Part shown: positions 63,417 to 64,000 of the stretch, piece by piece
Position numbering within the stretch: position 1 is the stretch's first letter
How the letters are laid out: the number at the start of each line of letters is the position of its first letter
From: Candidatus Peregrinibacteria bacterium RIFOXYA2_FULL_41_18
GTDB taxonomy: Bacteria; Patescibacteriota; Gracilibacteria; UBA1369; UBA12470
Length of the DNA: 64,000 nucleotides
Direction: 5' to 3'
Assembly: GCA_001788795.1 (NCBI GenBank)
Contig: MFXH01000004.1
Span: forward strand, 6,831 to 70,830
Program-made: the position numbers and the translations under genes
The notes under the pieces: model-generated
What the model was told of the DNA's origin: nothing
Database searches by the model: none
What the model saw: the letters and a program-made list of their open reading frames with translations, nothing else

Positions 63417-64000
63417 ATGCTGCAAGAACTGGTTAAGTTTGGCCTTTCCGATAAAGAAGCGAGAATCTATCTTGCGCTTTTGGAGATGGGCCCTTCTTCC
63501 GTTACCGATGTTGCAAAAAAAGCCAAAGTGACAAGGACAAACGCTTATCATCTGCTTAGCGCCCTTGAACTTAGAGGACTGGTTAACTCGCATGAAGAAA
63601 AGAGCAAAATTATTTATTCCGCCGAGAATCCCGCAAGAATAGAGCAGATGCTTAGAGTTGAAATAGAAGAAAAAAAGCGCCAATTGGACGAGGCTGTGAA
63701 AATTATTCCCGAATTGAAAACCCTTTATAATGACCCGGAAGGTAAGTTGAAAGTTCGTTTTTATGAAGGCGTAGAAGGTATTATAAGTGCTTATGAGGAT
63801 ACACTTACCGCCAAGACGCCTATTTTGGGATTTGCCTCGGTTGAACACCAACATGCTTTTTATCCCGGATATTTCCCAGAGTATTACAAGAGAAGGACTC
63901 TGAAAGAAATTCCGGTTAAATGCATGCTCGCTTATACCAAAGAATCTTTTAGGATTAAAAGCTTAGACGCCAAGCAGATCAGAAAAACATACATTATACC
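63417..64000 (+). CDS. TrmB-family transcriptional regulator (3' end outside the window)
   Basis: It is not in the ORF track because it has no stop in the window. My translation from ATG 63417 is MLQELVKFGLSDKEARIYLALLEMGPSSVTDVAKKAKVTRTNAYHLLSALELRGLV... and it stays open to position 64000. This replaces the minus-strand track ORF 63402-63854. Confidence 0.8.
   Translation, partial: MLQELVKFGLSDKEARIYLALLEMGPSSVTDVAKKAKVTRTNAYHLLSALELRGLVNSHEEKSKIIYSAENPARIEQMLRVEIEEKKRQLDEAVKIIPELKTLYNDPEGKLKVRFYEGVEGIISAYEDTLTAKTPILGFASVEHQHAFYPGYFPEYYKRRTLKEIPVKCMLAYTKESFRIKSLDAKQIRKTYII

Noticed and set aside
63402-63854. Minus-strand 150-aa track ORF
   Set aside because: It has no recognisable motifs and a low-complexity sequence. 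The opposite strand from ATG 63417 encodes a clear TrmB-family wHTH protein that stays open to the window end, so the minus ORF is an antisense shadow.
1-64000. Defence, toxin-antitoxin, prophage or transposon content
   Set aside because: I looked for nuclease/ATPase/methylase/RT/integrase/transposase-type motifs among all ORFs of 60 aa or more and recognised none. The orphan genes are reported as unknowns, not forced into a defence-system interpretation.

Overview
This 64-kb window is about 43-46% GC (estimated by eye) and appears to come from a small-genome bacterium. The gene content is Gram-positive/CPR (Patescibacteria)-like: RNase Y and RNase J, a PSP1/RicT-type protein, FemAB, an SLH protein, a T4SS-type mini-pilin, and many shortened enzymes. 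The genetic code looks standard, because RF2 is present and TGA is used as a stop codon. Start codons are preceded by A/T-rich sequence and almost never by a GGAGG-type Shine-Dalgarno. I can support about 60 CDS and one tmRNA, and nearly all are housekeeping genes. They include a partial carB, pdxS-pdxT, folE, recR and a tightly coupled MEP operon (ispG, a GT-C-like membrane protein, dxr, ispDF, ispE). Also present are infC-rpmI-rplT, acyP, murF, a cupredoxin plus Fe-S flavoprotein pair, holB, a PSP1 protein, VanW, rny, hpf, queG, a GT4 glycosyltransferase and rpsP. The remainder are a KH protein, a stand-alone 5'-3' exonuclease, ftsA-ftsZ, an SLH/beta-propeller protein, femAB, def, prfB, a MOP flippase, a DEAD-box helicase, rnj, dnaN, mfd, a PpnN homologue, ssrA, an ABC-F ATPase, a radical-SAM enzyme, an ArfB-like GGQ protein and rel. 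I found no integrase, transposase, reverse transcriptase, CRISPR array, tRNA, rRNA or recognisable defence or toxin genes, so I cannot name a clear novel multi-gene system. Five things are not explained by ordinary annotation. (1) A family of purine-rich tandem-repeat elements with 7-, 8-, 9- and 12-nt units sits exactly at the 3' boundaries of genes and of the tmRNA. Every copy lies in the same DNA orientation, and copies are often absorbed into coding sequence. (2) A two-hairpin module of about 60 nt is present twice, with compensatory stem changes, and one copy is inserted in-frame in the radical-SAM gene. (3) Exact TTWTNCACA (DnaA-box-like) 9-mers cluster upstream of dnaN, in a 490-bp ORF-free region upstream of ftsA, and between rpsP and the KH gene. 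(4) Several orphan or atypical genes have their own consensus promoters: a split SpoT-type HD protein, a truncated class-I aaRS-like protein, a methyltransferase-like protein and two unknowns. (5) Alarmone and ribosome-rescue functions are concentrated here (Rel, the HD protein, PpnN, tmRNA, ArfB-like, ABC-F, HPF). All calls come from reading the sequence and from remembered family motifs. No searches were run.
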